Shown in pieces: positions 27,477 through 37,922 of a stretch of 64,000 nucleotides of DNA; position 1 is the stretch's first letter, and each line of letters begins with the position of its first letter. The stretch lies in contig JBGPFC010000010.1 in the NCBI GenBank assembly GCA_041483195.1, positions 39,448 to 103,447 of the forward strand, read 5' to 3'. The notes beneath the pieces were generated by a model, which worked only from the letters and a program-made list of their open reading frames with translations, was not told the DNA's origin and made no database searches. A program made the translations under genes and the position numbers. This stretch comes from Candidatus Eiseniibacteriota bacterium (lineage in GTDB: Bacteria > Eisenbacteria > RBG-16-71-46).

Positions 27477-28424
27477 TCAGGAATTCGGCCTGGGTGTGCC
27501 GTCCGCCGCGGGGAGATCTCGGAAGCCGGGGTGAGGACTCTCGGCGCCGTCCGCGGCAAAGCCGCGGGTCGAGCGCCAGAGAAAATCGAGGAGGCGTGAG
27601 GCCTCCTCGCGCATGTTCTTGCGGTGCACGATCCGGTCGATGAAACCCTTCTCGAGCACGAATTCCGCGCGCTGGAAACCGGGCGGCAGGTCCTCGCCGA
27701 TGGTCTGCCGGATGACGCGCGCCCCCGCGAAGCCCACCAGGGCGCCGGGCTCGGCGAGGATCAAGTCGCCGAGCGATGCGAACGACGCGAGCACGCCGGC
27801 GGTCGATGGATCGGTGAGGATCGAGAGAAACGGCAGCCGCGCCCGCTGCAGCCGCGCCAGCAGCGCCGCGGTCTTCGCCATCTGCATGAGCGAGAGGATG
27901 CCCTCCTGCATGCGCGCGCCCCCGGTGGCCGAGACGATCACCAGCGCTCGGCGCTCCGCGAGCGCGGCCTCGATCGTGCGCGCGATCTTCTCGCCGACGA
28001 CCGAGCCCATCGAGCCGCCCATGAAGAAGAAATCCATGATCGTGAGCGCGACCGGCTTCCCGCCGATCGCCGCCACCCCCGAGAGCGCGGCGTCCTTCAT
28101 CCCGGTGTCCTTCTGCGCTGCGCGCAGCCGCTCCGGGTAGCGCATCTTCGCATCGCGGAACTCGAGCGGATCGCTCGCCTCGAGGTGGTCGAACCGTTCC
28201 TCGAACGAACCGGGATCCACCAGGAACTGAAGATAGGTGCGCGCCGGAACCCGAAAGTGATGGTCGCAGTGCGGGCAGGTCCACGCGTTTTCCTCGAGCA
28301 CGGTCTGGAACAGCGCCTCGCCGCAGCCCTCGCACTTGGTCCACAGCCCTTCGGGCACGTCGGAGCGGCGCTCCTTGCGGGGCTTGGCCTTGATCCCCTT
28401 GCGCTCGCGTTTGAGCCAGGACAT
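27477..28424 (-). CDS. accD: Acetyl-CoA carboxylase carboxyltransferase beta subunit
   Basis: Zn finger CEGC...CPHC; GGSMGSVVGEK, GGARMQEG and FQRAEF motifs. Confidence 0.95.
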   Translation of the reverse strand: MSWLKRERKGIKAKPRKERRSDVPEGLWTKCEGCGEALFQTVLEENAWTCPHCDHHFRVPARTYLQFLVDPGSFEERFDHLEASDPLEFRDAKMRYPERLRAAQKDTGMKDAALSGVAAIGGKPVALTIMDFFFMGGSMGSVVGEKIARTIEAALAERRALVIVSATGGARMQEGILSLMQMAKTAALLARLQRARLPFLSILTDPSTAGVLASFASLGDLILAEPGALVGFAGARVIRQTIGEDLPPGFQRAEFVLEKGFIDRIVHRKNMREEASRLLDFLWRSTRGFAADGAESPHPGFRDLPAADGTPRPNS

Positions 28425-28451
28425 GGTTCCTTTCGCTTCCGTGCGGCCGGG

Positions 28452-29648
28452 TCAGGCCCGGGACCCGCTGCGCGCGGCCGGCGCGCGCCATTCCATCACC
28501 AGGGCGTCTTCCCCCGTGTCACGATAATACCCGCGCCGCAACCCCGCCAGCCGGAATCCGCGCGCGCGGTAGAGCGCCTGGGCCGCGAAGTTCGAGACCC
28601 GCGCCTCGAGCGTGATGGTGTGGACCGCCTCCCGCGCCGCGCGATCGAGCAGATCGTCGAGCATGCGACCCGCGACGCCCCGCCTGCGCTGGGCGGGAAC
28701 GACCGCCAGGTTGCCGATGTGGCCGGTACCGGCCGCGAGCCACGCCACGATGTACCCCGCGAGCGTGCCCTCGCGCTCGGCAATCGTGGCGGTCACCGCC
28801 GGCTGCGCGAGCTCGCCGAGAAAGAAGGACTCCGGCCACGGGTCGCTGAATACCTCCCGTTCGATCGCGGCGATGGCGGGCGCGTCCTCGCGCCTGAACG
28901 GCCGCAGGGTCATGGGCTCGGCCGCGCTCACGCGGTGGCGCACGCGCTCCTCGGCCTGCGCCGAGCGCACGTAGAGCGGCCGCGGCGGCTCGCCGGCTCG
29001 CGGCAGGCCGGCCGCCGGCCCCCGCCCGGCCCGTGCCGCCTGCGCGAGATCACGCGCGGACAGTCCCTCGTGCCGCCACCCGTGCACGGTGCTCTGAGGT
29101 CGCGAGCGCTCGAGCGTCTCGCGCTCCCGCTCCGCCCCGGGACCCACGAACCACACGGTCGCGCCGGGCAGCAGCGGAAGCGTCTCGTCCACGTCGAGCA
29201 GCACGCGGTCGACGTTGCCAACGCGCGGCGCCGCCAGCAGCGTGACCGCGCCCCGCGAGTCCGCGCGGAAGAATCCCGCGAACAGGTCGCGACGCCCGGC
29301 CGGCACCAGCGGCACGATCAGCGCGCGCCGCGCCGGGGTGGCGAGCGCGAGCGCGGCGAGCGACGAGGCTCCGCACAGCGATGCACCCACCGCGAGCGCC
29401 AGCGCCTCGGCGGTCGCGAGCCCCACGCGCACGCCGGTGAACGATCCGGGGCCGAGATCGGCGGCGATCCATTCGAGCTGGCTCGGGGCGAGCGCCGCGC
29501 GCTCGAGCGCGCGCCGCACGATGGGCGTGAGACGGCGCGTGTGCCCATGCGCCACCTCCTCGATCTCGATCGCGCGCTCCGCGCCGTCCGCGCCGAGCAC
29601 CAGCACCTCGACGCGCGCGGTCGCGGCCTCGATGGCGAGTCCGGTCAC
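28452..29648 (-). CDS. tsaB: TsaB (t6A synthesis) fused to a RimI-like GNAT acetyltransferase
   Basis: GPGSFTGVRVG and PLYVR (TsaB), followed in frame by FSDPW, NLAVVPAQRRRG and RRGYYRDTGEDALVM (RimI). Confidence 0.9.
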   Translation of the reverse strand: MTGLAIEAATARVEVLVLGADGAERAIEIEEVAHGHTRRLTPIVRRALERAALAPSQLEWIAADLGPGSFTGVRVGLATAEALALAVGASLCGASSLAALALATPARRALIVPLVPAGRRDLFAGFFRADSRGAVTLLAAPRVGNVDRVLLDVDETLPLLPGATVWFVGPGAERERETLERSRPQSTVHGWRHEGLSARDLAQAARAGRGPAAGLPRAGEPPRPLYVRSAQAEERVRHRVSAAEPMTLRPFRREDAPAIAAIEREVFSDPWPESFFLGELAQPAVTATIAEREGTLAGYIVAWLAAGTGHIGNLAVVPAQRRRGVAGRMLDDLLDRAAREAVHTITLEARVSNFAAQALYRARGFRLAGLRRGYYRDTGEDALVMEWRAPAARSGSRA

Positions 29649-30151
29649 GTCCCGAGCGCTCCCCCGGGCGGGAGCGCCTGCCACAGCGCGAGCAGTTCCC
29701 CGCCGCGGCCCCGGGACGCGTGTGCGACGATCGCCCGCTCGCGCTCCGAGACGATCTCGAATTCGAGCGTCAGCGCCGGAGCGCGGAGGTGGGCCGGCAG
29801 CCGCTCGCCCCACTCCACCACCACCACCCCGCGCTCCAGGCTCTCCTCGAGGCCCAGCCCCTCGACCTCCGCGCGCTCGAGACGGTAGAGATCGAGGTGC
29901 AGCAGCGGCAGGTGTCCGCCGTACTCGTGGAGCAGCGTGAAGGTCGGGCTGCGCACGCGACCGCTCTTTCCCATCCCGCGGGCGAGCCCCGCCACGAAAC
30001 GAGTCTTGCCGGCGCCCAGCGGGCCGGTCAGCACCAGCAGGTCGCCCTCCGCGAGCCCCGGCGCGAGCGCCTCGCCGAGCCGCTCGGTTTCGGCGGCGGA
30101 GCGCGTGAGCCGGCGGGCGCCCGCCGTGGCCTCGCCGGGCGCCGCGCTCAC
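29645..30151 (-). CDS. tsaE: tRNA threonylcarbamoyladenosine ATPase TsaE
   Basis: [21 protein letters not shown] and VEW motifs. Confidence 0.93.
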   Translation of the reverse strand: MSAAPGEATAGARRLTRSAAETERLGEALAPGLAEGDLLVLTGPLGAGKTRFVAGLARGMGKSGRVRSPTFTLLHEYGGHLPLLHLDLYRLERAEVEGLGLEESLERGVVVVEWGERLPAHLRAPALTLEFEIVSERERAIVAHASRGRGGELLALWQALPPGGALGT

Positions 30152-31719
30152 GAGCGTCGCGGCGTGAGCGTCACGAGCGGCAGGATCATCTCCTCGACCG
30201 AGATGCCGCCGTGCTGGAGGGACCCGCGGTATTGCCGCTCGAACTCGTGGAAGCGCGTCGGGTAGACGAAGTAGAAGTCCTCGCGCGCGAGGATGTAATT
30301 CTTGTTCACGCTGTCGTCCGGAAGCATGAAGTCCATCGGATGGCGGAGGATCACCGCCTGCTTCGGGTCGCAGTTGAGATTGAGGCCGTACTTGTACCTC
30401 AGGTTCGTCGAGGTGTCGCGATTGCCATACACCAGGGCCGCGCGCCGGCCGAGCACCGCGCCGTGATCGGTGGTGAGCACCACCGTGCAATCCTGGGTCG
30501 AGAGCGCGCGGAAGATGTCGTAGAGCGGGCTGTGAACGAACCACGCCTTCATCACCGCCCGAAACGCGGCTTCGTCCGGCGCGAGCTCCTGGAGAATGTC
30601 GCTCTCCGAGCGGCCGTGCGCGAGGATGTCGAGGAAGTTGAACACCATGCTGACCAGCGACAGCCCGGCGAACGAGCTGATCTGCCGGCGGGTCTGGTGG
30701 GCTTCGTCGGCGTCGTAGATCTTGAGGTACTTGGTGGGCTTCTCGGGCACGACCTTGAGGCGCTCGAGCTGGAAGTCGAGCAGCTGGCGCTCGAAGCGGT
30801 TCTTGGTGCGCTCGTCGTTGCTGGTCTCCTGCCACAGGTCGGGGTGGCGCTGGTGCAGCTGCGCCGGCAGCAGGCCCGAGAAGATCGCGTTGCGTGAGTA
30901 GGGCGTAGCGGTCGGCAGGATCGAGCAATAGTACTCGCGCTGGATGTCGAACAGCTCCTCGAGCAGCGATTCGAGCGTGAACCACTGATCGAGCCGCATG
31001 CAGTCGATCAGGATGAACAGCACGCGGCGTTTCTGCTGGAGCAGCGGCGCCACCGTGTGACGCACGACGTCGGTGGAGAGCAGCGGGCGATCGGCGGCGC
31101 CGTGTGCCCACGCGCCGTAGTGGTCCTCGATGAAGCGGCCGAAATCGATGTTCAACCCGCGGCGGAAATCGGCGTGGGCCTGGCTCAGGCCCTCCTCCTG
31201 CACGGTGTCGAACCGCACGTCCCAGCGCGCGACGTCGATCGCCAGCTCCACCCAGCCCGCCCAGTCGAGGCGCTTGAGATCGAGCAGCTGCCAGTGCTGC
31301 ATCTCGCTCACGTAGTCGCGGGCGCGCTGCGAGTCCTGGATCTTCTGGGTATCGAACACGCGCTTGCACGCGAGAAACACCTGGGAGGGATTGACCGGCT
31401 TGATCAGGTAGTCGGCGATGCGGCGCCCGATCGCGTCGTTCATGAGCGACTCTTCCTCGCTCTTGGTGACCAGGATCACCGGAACGCCGATCTCGCGCGA
31501 CTGCATCGCGTCGAGCGTCGCGAGCCCCCCCTGACCCGGCATCATCTCGTCGAGCAGCACGACGTCGAATCGCGACTGCTGGAGCTCGCGCAGCACGTCC
31601 TCGCCGCTCGGCACCGCGGTGACCGCGAAGCCTTTCTGCTCGAGGAATCGGATGTGGGGCCTGAGCAGATCGATCTCGTCGTCGGCCCACAGGATCTTGC
31701 GTCGGGTGTCTTCGGGCAT
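30148..31719 (-). CDS. PorX-like response regulator with PglZ/alkaline-phosphatase domain
   Basis: [56 protein letters not shown] and HGGIS motifs. Confidence 0.9.
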   Translation of the reverse strand: MPEDTRRKILWADDEIDLLRPHIRFLEQKGFAVTAVPSGEDVLRELQQSRFDVVLLDEMMPGQGGLATLDAMQSREIGVPVILVTKSEEESLMNDAIGRRIADYLIKPVNPSQVFLACKRVFDTQKIQDSQRARDYVSEMQHWQLLDLKRLDWAGWVELAIDVARWDVRFDTVQEEGLSQAHADFRRGLNIDFGRFIEDHYGAWAHGAADRPLLSTDVVRHTVAPLLQQKRRVLFILIDCMRLDQWFTLESLLEELFDIQREYYCSILPTATPYSRNAIFSGLLPAQLHQRHPDLWQETSNDERTKNRFERQLLDFQLERLKVVPEKPTKYLKIYDADEAHQTRRQISSFAGLSLVSMVFNFLDILAHGRSESDILQELAPDEAAFRAVMKAWFVHSPLYDIFRALSTQDCTVVLTTDHGAVLGRRAALVYGNRDTSTNLRYKYGLNLNCDPKQAVILRHPMDFMLPDDSVNKNYILAREDFYFVYPTRFHEFERQYRGSLQHGGISVEEMILPLVTLTPRRS

Positions 31720-31897
31720 GGGTTCGAGGTTCCGGAGTGGGCGGCCGAGGGACGCGCGGCCGGGCGCCGCGCCGGCCGTGGCGGCACGCAGCGCGCAGAA
31801 TACTCTGCGGCTGGGACGCACGCCACCCGCGGCGCGGCGGGTAGGGCGCGCCCCGGGCCGGCGGATGAGCATCGGCACGCGCGCGGCGCGTGCCGCC

Positions 31898-33190
31898 TCA
31901 GCCGTGGAGGCTGATCACCATGGTGGTGCCCTCGCCCGGGGCGCTGTTCCGGATGTAGAGCCGGCCCCCGTGGTACTCCTCGACCACGCGGCGCGCGAGC
32001 GCCAGCCCCAGGCCCCAGCCGCGGCGCTTGGTGGTGAATCCGGGCTCGAAGACGCGATGCTGATCCGAGGGGGCCATGCCGCGCCCGTTGTCGCTGATCA
32101 CGACCTCCACCGTCCCGCCCTTCTCGGGGCGCTCGATCGCCACCTCGATGCGGCCCGGATGGTGCTCGAGCGCGGAGATCGCGTTGGTGAGCAGGTTCTC
32201 GATCGCCCACTCGAGCAGTTCCCGGTTCAGGCTCACCGGAGGCACCTCGGCATAGCGCTCCTCGATCGTCACCTCGCCGACGTTCTGCGGCAGACGCCGC
32301 CGCATGTACTCGACCGCCCCGCGCACCACCGGAGTCAGGTCCTGGATGTGAAGGCTGGGCGTCGAACCGACGTGGCTGAAGCGCTGGGCGATCTTGTTGA
32401 GGCGCTCGGCGTCGCGCTCCATTTCGCTGAGCGTTTCGTCGAACGCGCCGGCGGGCAGCCGCACCGCCTCGCCGGGACTCTCGCTCTCCGCCTGCGCGCG
32501 CAGCAGCTCGATCCAGCCCATCAGCGAGGAGAGCGGCGTGCCGAGCTGATGCGCGGTCTCCTTCGCCATGCCGACCCAGATGATCCGCTGCTCGGCCTGG
32601 CGTATCCCGGCGAGACCCCACAAGCCGAGCGAGACCAGCAGCACCATCCCGCCGATCGAGAGAAACGGCATCCAGCGCAGGTGCTGCAGCACCTGCGGCT
32701 CGCCGTAGTGCACGGCGCCGAGCTTCTCCCCGGTTTCGGGTTGGGTCATGACGATCGGCTTGTTCTTGCGATCGAGCAGCCCGACGCGGCGCTCGACGCG
32801 CGCGAGCCGCGCGCGAATCACGGGTGAGATCTGCACCCCGGCCTTCAGGCTGTCGATCGAGAGGTCCGGGACCAGCGCCGCGTCGACGTCCACGTTGCGC
32901 CACGCGCGCGGGACGCCCTTGTCGTCTGTGATGATGATGGGGAAGTCGATGCTGGCGATGATCTCGGAGAAGATCTTCTGCAATTCCGGGTTGCGAGTGG
33001 CCGGAATCGAGGCCTGGGCGCAGAAGCTCGCGAGCACGTGGGAGGTGGTCTCGACCGCGTGCGTCAGCCGGGTGATGATATTGTGCGTGAACACGAACAG
33101 CGCGAACACCAGCAGGCCGCTGCCCACGTAGAGCCCGGCCTTGAGCAGCATCGGCCGCGGCGCGCGCGGCCGGAATCCAGTCCGCTCCAT
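31898..33190 (-). CDS. Membrane sensor histidine kinase
   Basis: Two TM helices; H-box AKETAHQLGTPLSSL; ENLLTNA, DNGRG and GWGLGL motifs. Confidence 0.92.
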   Translation of the reverse strand: MERTGFRPRAPRPMLLKAGLYVGSGLLVFALFVFTHNIITRLTHAVETTSHVLASFCAQASIPATRNPELQKIFSEIIASIDFPIIITDDKGVPRAWRNVDVDAALVPDLSIDSLKAGVQISPVIRARLARVERRVGLLDRKNKPIVMTQPETGEKLGAVHYGEPQVLQHLRWMPFLSIGGMVLLVSLGLWGLAGIRQAEQRIIWVGMAKETAHQLGTPLSSLMGWIELLRAQAESESPGEAVRLPAGAFDETLSEMERDAERLNKIAQRFSHVGSTPSLHIQDLTPVVRGAVEYMRRRLPQNVGEVTIEERYAEVPPVSLNRELLEWAIENLLTNAISALEHHPGRIEVAIERPEKGGTVEVVISDNGRGMAPSDQHRVFEPGFTTKRRGWGLGLALARRVVEEYHGGRLYIRNSAPGEGTTMVISLHG

Positions 33191-33197
33191 CGGATCG

Positions 33198-34478
33198 CTA
33201 CCTCTCCGGTTCGAGTTCCGCCTGGTCGTCGACGTAAGGCCTCAGCGCTGCGGGAATGCGAACGCTCCCGCCCGCGGTCTGGTGGTTCTCGAGCAGCGCC
33301 GCGAAGGTGCGCGGCAGCGCCACCCCCGACGCGTTCAGGGTGTGCGGGTGTTCGGCCTTCGCCCCCGCCTCGCGGCGGAAGCGCATCGCCATGCGCCGAG
33401 CCTGGAAGTCCCCGAAGTTCGAGCACGACGAGCATTCCAGCCACTGCCCCACCCCGGGCGCGTGCACCTCGAAGTCGTAGCACTTGGCCGCCGCGAAGCT
33501 GAGATCGCCGCTGCACAGCAGCACGACCCGGTACGGCAGCTCGAGCGCCTCGAGCACGTCCGCCACGTCGCGCGCCAGCTTCTCGTGTTCGTCGTCGCTG
33601 GTCTCATGCGGAACGATCTTCACCAGCTCGACCTTGTCGAACTGGTGGACGCGCACCATGCCGCGTGTGTCCTTGCCGTAGGCGCCGGCTTCGCGGCGGT
33701 AGGAGGCGCAGTGCGCGGCGAGGTGCATGGGCACCATGCCCGGCTCCAGGATCTCGTCGCGGTAGATGTTGGTGACCGGCACCTCGGCCGTCGGATTCAG
33801 GAACAGGTCGTCTTCGCCGATGTGGTACATGTCGCCCTCGAGCTTGGGCAACTGGCCGGTTCCGAACAGCGCGGCGCGGCGCACCAGGTGCGGCGGCGAG
33901 ACTTCCCGGTACCCGTGGCGACGGGTGTGGAAGTCGAGCATGAAATTGATGAGCGCGCGCTCGAGCCGGGCGCCGCGGCCGGTGAACAGCAGGAAACCCG
34001 CCCCGGCGATCTTCGTGGCGCGATCGAAGTCGAGCAGTCCCAGACGCGTCGCGAGATCCCAATGCGTCAGCGGCGGGAAGTCGAAGCGCCGCGGCTCGCC
34101 CCAGGTGCGCACGATCTGGTTCTGCGCGGCGTCTCGCCCCGGCGGAACGGAGGGATGCGGGAGGTTCGGGATCCAGGCCGCGAGCGCATCGCTCTCCTCC
34201 TCGAGCGTCTTGAGCTCAGCGTCGAATTCCCGGATGCGCTCTCCCACCGCGCGCATCGCCCCGATCTCGGCGTCGGCCGATTCCCCGCGTTTCTTCCGGG
34301 CCGCGATCTCTTCGCTGGTCGCGTTGCGCCGGGCCTTCAGCTGCTCGGCCTCGTGGAGCAGATGGAGCCGCCGCTCCTCGATGGCGTAGAAGCGCGCGAG
34401 GTCCACGGTCATGCCCTTCAGCGCGGTGCCCGCCTCGACCAGCTCGCGATGCTGACGGAGAAACTTGAGATCGTGCAT
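33198..34478 (-). CDS. serS: Seryl-tRNA synthetase
   Basis: GTGQLPK, PTAEVP, YRREAG, RVHQFDKVE and HTLNASG motifs. Confidence 0.97.
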   Translation of the reverse strand: MHDLKFLRQHRELVEAGTALKGMTVDLARFYAIEERRLHLLHEAEQLKARRNATSEEIAARKKRGESADAEIGAMRAVGERIREFDAELKTLEEESDALAAWIPNLPHPSVPPGRDAAQNQIVRTWGEPRRFDFPPLTHWDLATRLGLLDFDRATKIAGAGFLLFTGRGARLERALINFMLDFHTRRHGYREVSPPHLVRRAALFGTGQLPKLEGDMYHIGEDDLFLNPTAEVPVTNIYRDEILEPGMVPMHLAAHCASYRREAGAYGKDTRGMVRVHQFDKVELVKIVPHETSDDEHEKLARDVADVLEALELPYRVVLLCSGDLSFAAAKCYDFEVHAPGVGQWLECSSCSNFGDFQARRMAMRFRREAGAKAEHPHTLNASGVALPRTFAALLENHQTAGGSVRIPAALRPYVDDQAELEPER

Positions 34479-34492
34479 GGGATCCGGTCCGA

Positions 34493-34840
34493 TCAGGGAT
34501 GAGCGGTGGTGGCCGACTGACGGCGGTCGCGGGCCGCCAACTCGCGCGAATGCGCGTACGCGCTGCGCGCCTCCTCGCTGCGGCCGAGCTTGGTGAGCGC
34601 CATGCCCATCCCGAAATACGCCGCCGGGTCGTCACCCCCCGCGACCGCCGCCGCGGCGTAGCGCTTGGCCGCGAGCTCGTAGTCGCCGCTTCGATAGGCC
34701 TGGTTGCCGGCGGTGATCAGCGCCTGCGCGCGCGCGGCAGCGTCCTCGGCCGCGCGCCCGGGCGATGACTCCCGCGCGCAGCCCGCCGCGCATAGCACCG
34801 CGAGCGCGAGCGACCATCCGATGGCGAGCGAGGCCCTCAT
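34493..34840 (-). CDS. TPR-containing lipoprotein
   Basis: Lipobox AAGC; TPR patterns GNQAYRSGDYELA and AYFGMGMALTKLG. Confidence 0.75.
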   Translation of the reverse strand: MRASLAIGWSLALAVLCAAGCARESSPGRAAEDAAARAQALITAGNQAYRSGDYELAAKRYAAAAVAGGDDPAAYFGMGMALTKLGRSEEARSAYAHSRELAARDRRQSATTAHP

Positions 34841-34930
34841 CGGCTGACGATCATGCACGAGTCCGTCCCGGCGCAAAAGGCGGCTCTCGTTCGCCACCGG
34901 ACCGCGCTTCAGCCCGGCGACGCGCGAGCG

Positions 34931-35368
34931 TCAGGCCTTCGCCGCGGGCTTCGGGCTCGCCTTGGCCGCGACCTTCTTGCCGGTCTTGCGGGCGGCCTTC
35001 GCCTTCACCTTGCGCTCGGAGGACTTGCGCTGCACCGCACGCTTCGCGGCCGGCTTCGCCTTCGGCGCAGGCGCCGGAGCGATCCCGGCGGCGGCCCGCG
35101 CCGCCTTCACGGCGTGCGAGGGGCTCGCGGTGATGCCGAGCGTGCGCAGCAGCGAAGCGACCTGCTCCGAGGGCTGGGCGCCGAGCAGGATCCAGCGCTC
35201 GACCTTGTCGCGATGCACGACCAGCTCGTAGGGCTGGGTGAGCGGATTGTAGTGGCCGAGAATCTCGAGGAACCGACCGTCACGCTGACGCCGCGAATCG
35301 GCCGCGACCATCCGGTAGAAGGGCCGCTTCTTCGCGCCGGCCCGCATCAGGCGAATGACCACCGACAT
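34931..35368 (-). CDS. rpsP: 30S ribosomal protein S16 with Lys/Ala-rich C-terminal extension
   Basis: IRLMRAGAKKRPFYR, DSRRQRDGRFLE and GAQPS motifs. Confidence 0.95.
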   Translation of the reverse strand: MSVVIRLMRAGAKKRPFYRMVAADSRRQRDGRFLEILGHYNPLTQPYELVVHRDKVERWILLGAQPSEQVASLLRTLGITASPSHAVKAARAAAGIAPAPAPKAKPAAKRAVQRKSSERKVKAKAARKTGKKVAAKASPKPAAKA

Positions 35369-35426
35369 GAATTGACCTCCGTGCTGGGTTATCGAGTCGC
35401 GCCTTCGCGCGCCCGTCCTGTACCGT

Positions 35427-36752
35427 TCATCGCATCCGCCCGCGCAGGCCGGCGAGGCCGCGCGGGCCGTGGCGCAGCCGCTTCATCAGCGTGCGCGCCT
35501 GATCGAAGTCCCGCAGCAGTTGATTGACCTCTGGCACCGAGGTTCCGCTGCCCGCGGCGATTCGCCGCCGCCGGCTCCCGTCGATCACGCGGGGCGACCG
35601 GCGCTCGCGAGGCGTCATGCTTTGCAAGATCGCCTCGTACTTCCTGAACCGCGCGGTGTCCGGCGCCTGCGCGAGCGCCGCCTTCGGCACTCCGGGCATC
35701 ATCTTCACCAGATCTTCGAGCGGCCCCATCTTCTTCATCTGCTGCAGCTGCTCGAGAAAATCCTCGAGCGTGAACTCCGAGTGGCGCATGCGCTGCGCCA
35801 GCTTCTGCGCCTGCTCTTCGTCGACCGCGAGCTTCGCGCGCTCGACCAGCCCGACGATGTCGCCCATGCCGAGAATGCGTCCCGCGATCCGCGCGGGGTC
35901 GAACACCTCGAGCCCGTCGAGCTTCTCGCCCACCCCGAGGAAGACGATGGGCTTGCCCGTCGCCTGCCGCAGCGAGAGTGCTGCGCCGCCGCGCGCATCC
36001 CCGTCCATCTTCGTGAGCACCAGGCCATCGACCCCGACGCGCTCTGCGAAGGTCTGCCCGATGCGCACCGCTTCCTGCCCGGTCATGCCATCCACGACCA
36101 GCAACACCTGGTGCGCGCGACACGCGCGCTTCAGCTCCTGCAACTCCGCCATGAGCGGCTCGTCGACGTGGAGACGCCCCGCGGTGTCGAGCACCATGAA
36201 GTCGAACCCGCGCACGCGCGCCTGCTCGAGCCCGCCGCTCGCGATCCCCGCCGGGGCGGTGCCCTCCTCGGCCCGCCAGAATCCCGCGCCGGCGCCCTCC
36301 GCCACCCGCTGGAGCTGATCGATGGCCGCCGGCCGGTAGACGTCGGCGCTCACGAGCAGCACGCGCTTGCGCTTTTCCAGGAGCCAGCGCGCCAGTTTCC
36401 CGGCGAACGTGGTCTTGCCCGAGCCCTGGAGGCCGGCGAGCAGCACCACGGTCGGGACGTGCGGCGAGCCCGCGAGCGTGACCTTAGTCTTCCCGAGCAG
36501 GCTCTCGATCTCTTCGCGGACGATTCCGACCACCTGCTGACCGGGCGTGAGGCTCTTGAGGACACCCTCGCCCACCGCCCGCGCCTCGACGCGCGCGACG
36601 AAGTCCCGCACGACCCCCACCTGAACGTCCGCTTCGAGCAGGGCGCGCCGGACTTCACGCAGGCTATCCCGGATGTTGTCCGGGGTAAGCTTCCCCTGCC
36701 CGGTCAACTGCCGGACGATCCCCTGCAGTCGGTCGGTCAGCGCGTCGAACAC
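35427..36752 (-). CDS. ffh: Signal recognition particle protein
   Basis: GLQGSGKTT, DTAGR, TKMDGDARGG, GMGD and SRRRRIAAGSG motifs. Confidence 0.97.
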   Translation of the reverse strand: MFDALTDRLQGIVRQLTGQGKLTPDNIRDSLREVRRALLEADVQVGVVRDFVARVEARAVGEGVLKSLTPGQQVVGIVREEIESLLGKTKVTLAGSPHVPTVVLLAGLQGSGKTTFAGKLARWLLEKRKRVLLVSADVYRPAAIDQLQRVAEGAGAGFWRAEEGTAPAGIASGGLEQARVRGFDFMVLDTAGRLHVDEPLMAELQELKRACRAHQVLLVVDGMTGQEAVRIGQTFAERVGVDGLVLTKMDGDARGGAALSLRQATGKPIVFLGVGEKLDGLEVFDPARIAGRILGMGDIVGLVERAKLAVDEEQAQKLAQRMRHSEFTLEDFLEQLQQMKKMGPLEDLVKMMPGVPKAALAQAPDTARFRKYEAILQSMTPRERRSPRVIDGSRRRRIAAGSGTSVPEVNQLLRDFDQARTLMKRLRHGPRGLAGLRGRMR

Positions 36753-36841
36753 GAGTCCTTCAGTCTTGGCAAAGCGGGCAAGCTACCACACTCGCGAATG
36801 GCGGAAAAGGCGCGATTCGGGCGGGGCCCGCGAAATGCGGG

Positions 36842-37198
36842 TCAAACCCGCGACGCGCCGGCCGCATCTCCCGCGATCTCGAGGCGCCGCTCGCGGTGAA
36901 GGAGGAACAGGGGCAGCGTGCCCCCCAGCCCGAAGACGAGCGTGAGGAGCCAGTAGACCCAGATCCTCCGCATCCCGAGCCGGCGCCCCTCGCGCTGAAA
37001 CCAGATGCAGGCGACCAGCACCACCGCGACCAGATCCAGCGCAAACGCCGTCGAGATCGGCGTCGCGAACAGCCCCGCGAGCGTTTCGGCCGGCCGGGTC
37101 CAGAGCATCAGATTACCGGTGCGGATGCTCACCAGCACCACGAACCAGTTGGCGGCGGCGTATCCGCACACCACGAGCAGCGCGTAGAGCGGCCTCAA
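36842..37198 (-). CDS. DUF2834-like small membrane protein
   Basis: Three hydrophobic segments; EGRRLGMRRIW and LPLFLLHRE motifs. Confidence 0.7.
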   Translation of the reverse strand: MRPLYALLVVCGYAAANWFVVLVSIRTGNLMLWTRPAETLAGLFATPISTAFALDLVAVVLVACIWFQREGRRLGMRRIWVYWLLTLVFGLGGTLPLFLLHRERRLEIAGDAAGASRV

Positions 37199-37244
37199 CC
37201 CCCGGCCCCGCGCGCCATGGCGATTCGTGAGCGCGGCGCGCGCC

Positions 37245-37922
37245 TCATCGAATCGCCTCGCGCAGCGATTCGAGCGCCACGAACGGATCGCGCTGCCGGA
37301 AGACGGCGTGACCCGCGACGAACACGTCGGCGCCGGCGGCGCGCGCGAGGGTGGCGGTGGCGGGCACGATCCCGCCGTCGACCTCGATCCGATAGCGCGC
37401 GCCGTTCCGCTCGCGCCACTCCTTCGCCTCGCGCACCTTGTCGAGCATGCCCTCCATGAACTCCTGGCCGCCGAAGCCGGGCTCCACCGTCATGATCAGC
37501 AGCGTGTCGAGCGATGCCAGGTGGCGCTCCACCGCGGCGAGCGACGTGCCGGGCTTGAGCGCGAGCCCGACGCCCGCGCCGCTTCCGCGAACCCCGTCGA
37601 GCACCGTCGCGAGCGCGCGGTCGTGAGGCGCCTCGCAATGCACGGTGATCTGATCGGCTCCCGCCTCGCGGAAGGCCGGCACGATGCGCTCGGGATGCTC
37701 GATCATCAGGTGGACGTCCACGAACGCCTCGGTGAGCGCGCGCACCGCCCGCACGACCAGAGGCCCGAAGGTGAGATTCGGCACGAAGTGATTGTCCATC
37801 ACGTCGCAGTGCACCCAGTCGCGGGCCGGATCGACGATCCCGAGCGCGAGCGCGAGCCGAGAGAAATCCGCGGACAGGATGCTGGGCGCCGCGATCGGCG
37901 GAGCGGGTGAGCGGTCGCTCAT
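37245..37922 (-). CDS. rpe: Ribulose-phosphate 3-epimerase
   Basis: APSILSADF, HCDVMDNHFVPNLTFG, MTVEPGFGGQ and EVDGG motifs. Confidence 0.96.
   Translation of the reverse strand: MSDRSPAPPIAAPSILSADFSRLALALGIVDPARDWVHCDVMDNHFVPNLTFGPLVVRAVRALTEAFVDVHLMIEHPERIVPAFREAGADQITVHCEAPHDRALATVLDGVRGSGAGVGLALKPGTSLAAVERHLASLDTLLIMTVEPGFGGQEFMEGMLDKVREAKEWRERNGARYRIEVDGGIVPATATLARAAGADVFVAGHAVFRQRDPFVALESLREAIR

Noticed and set aside
30148..31719. BREX phage defence suggested by the PglZ domain
   Set aside because: The REC-PglZ architecture next to tsaE is PorX-like, and no brxC/pglX/brxL genes are present
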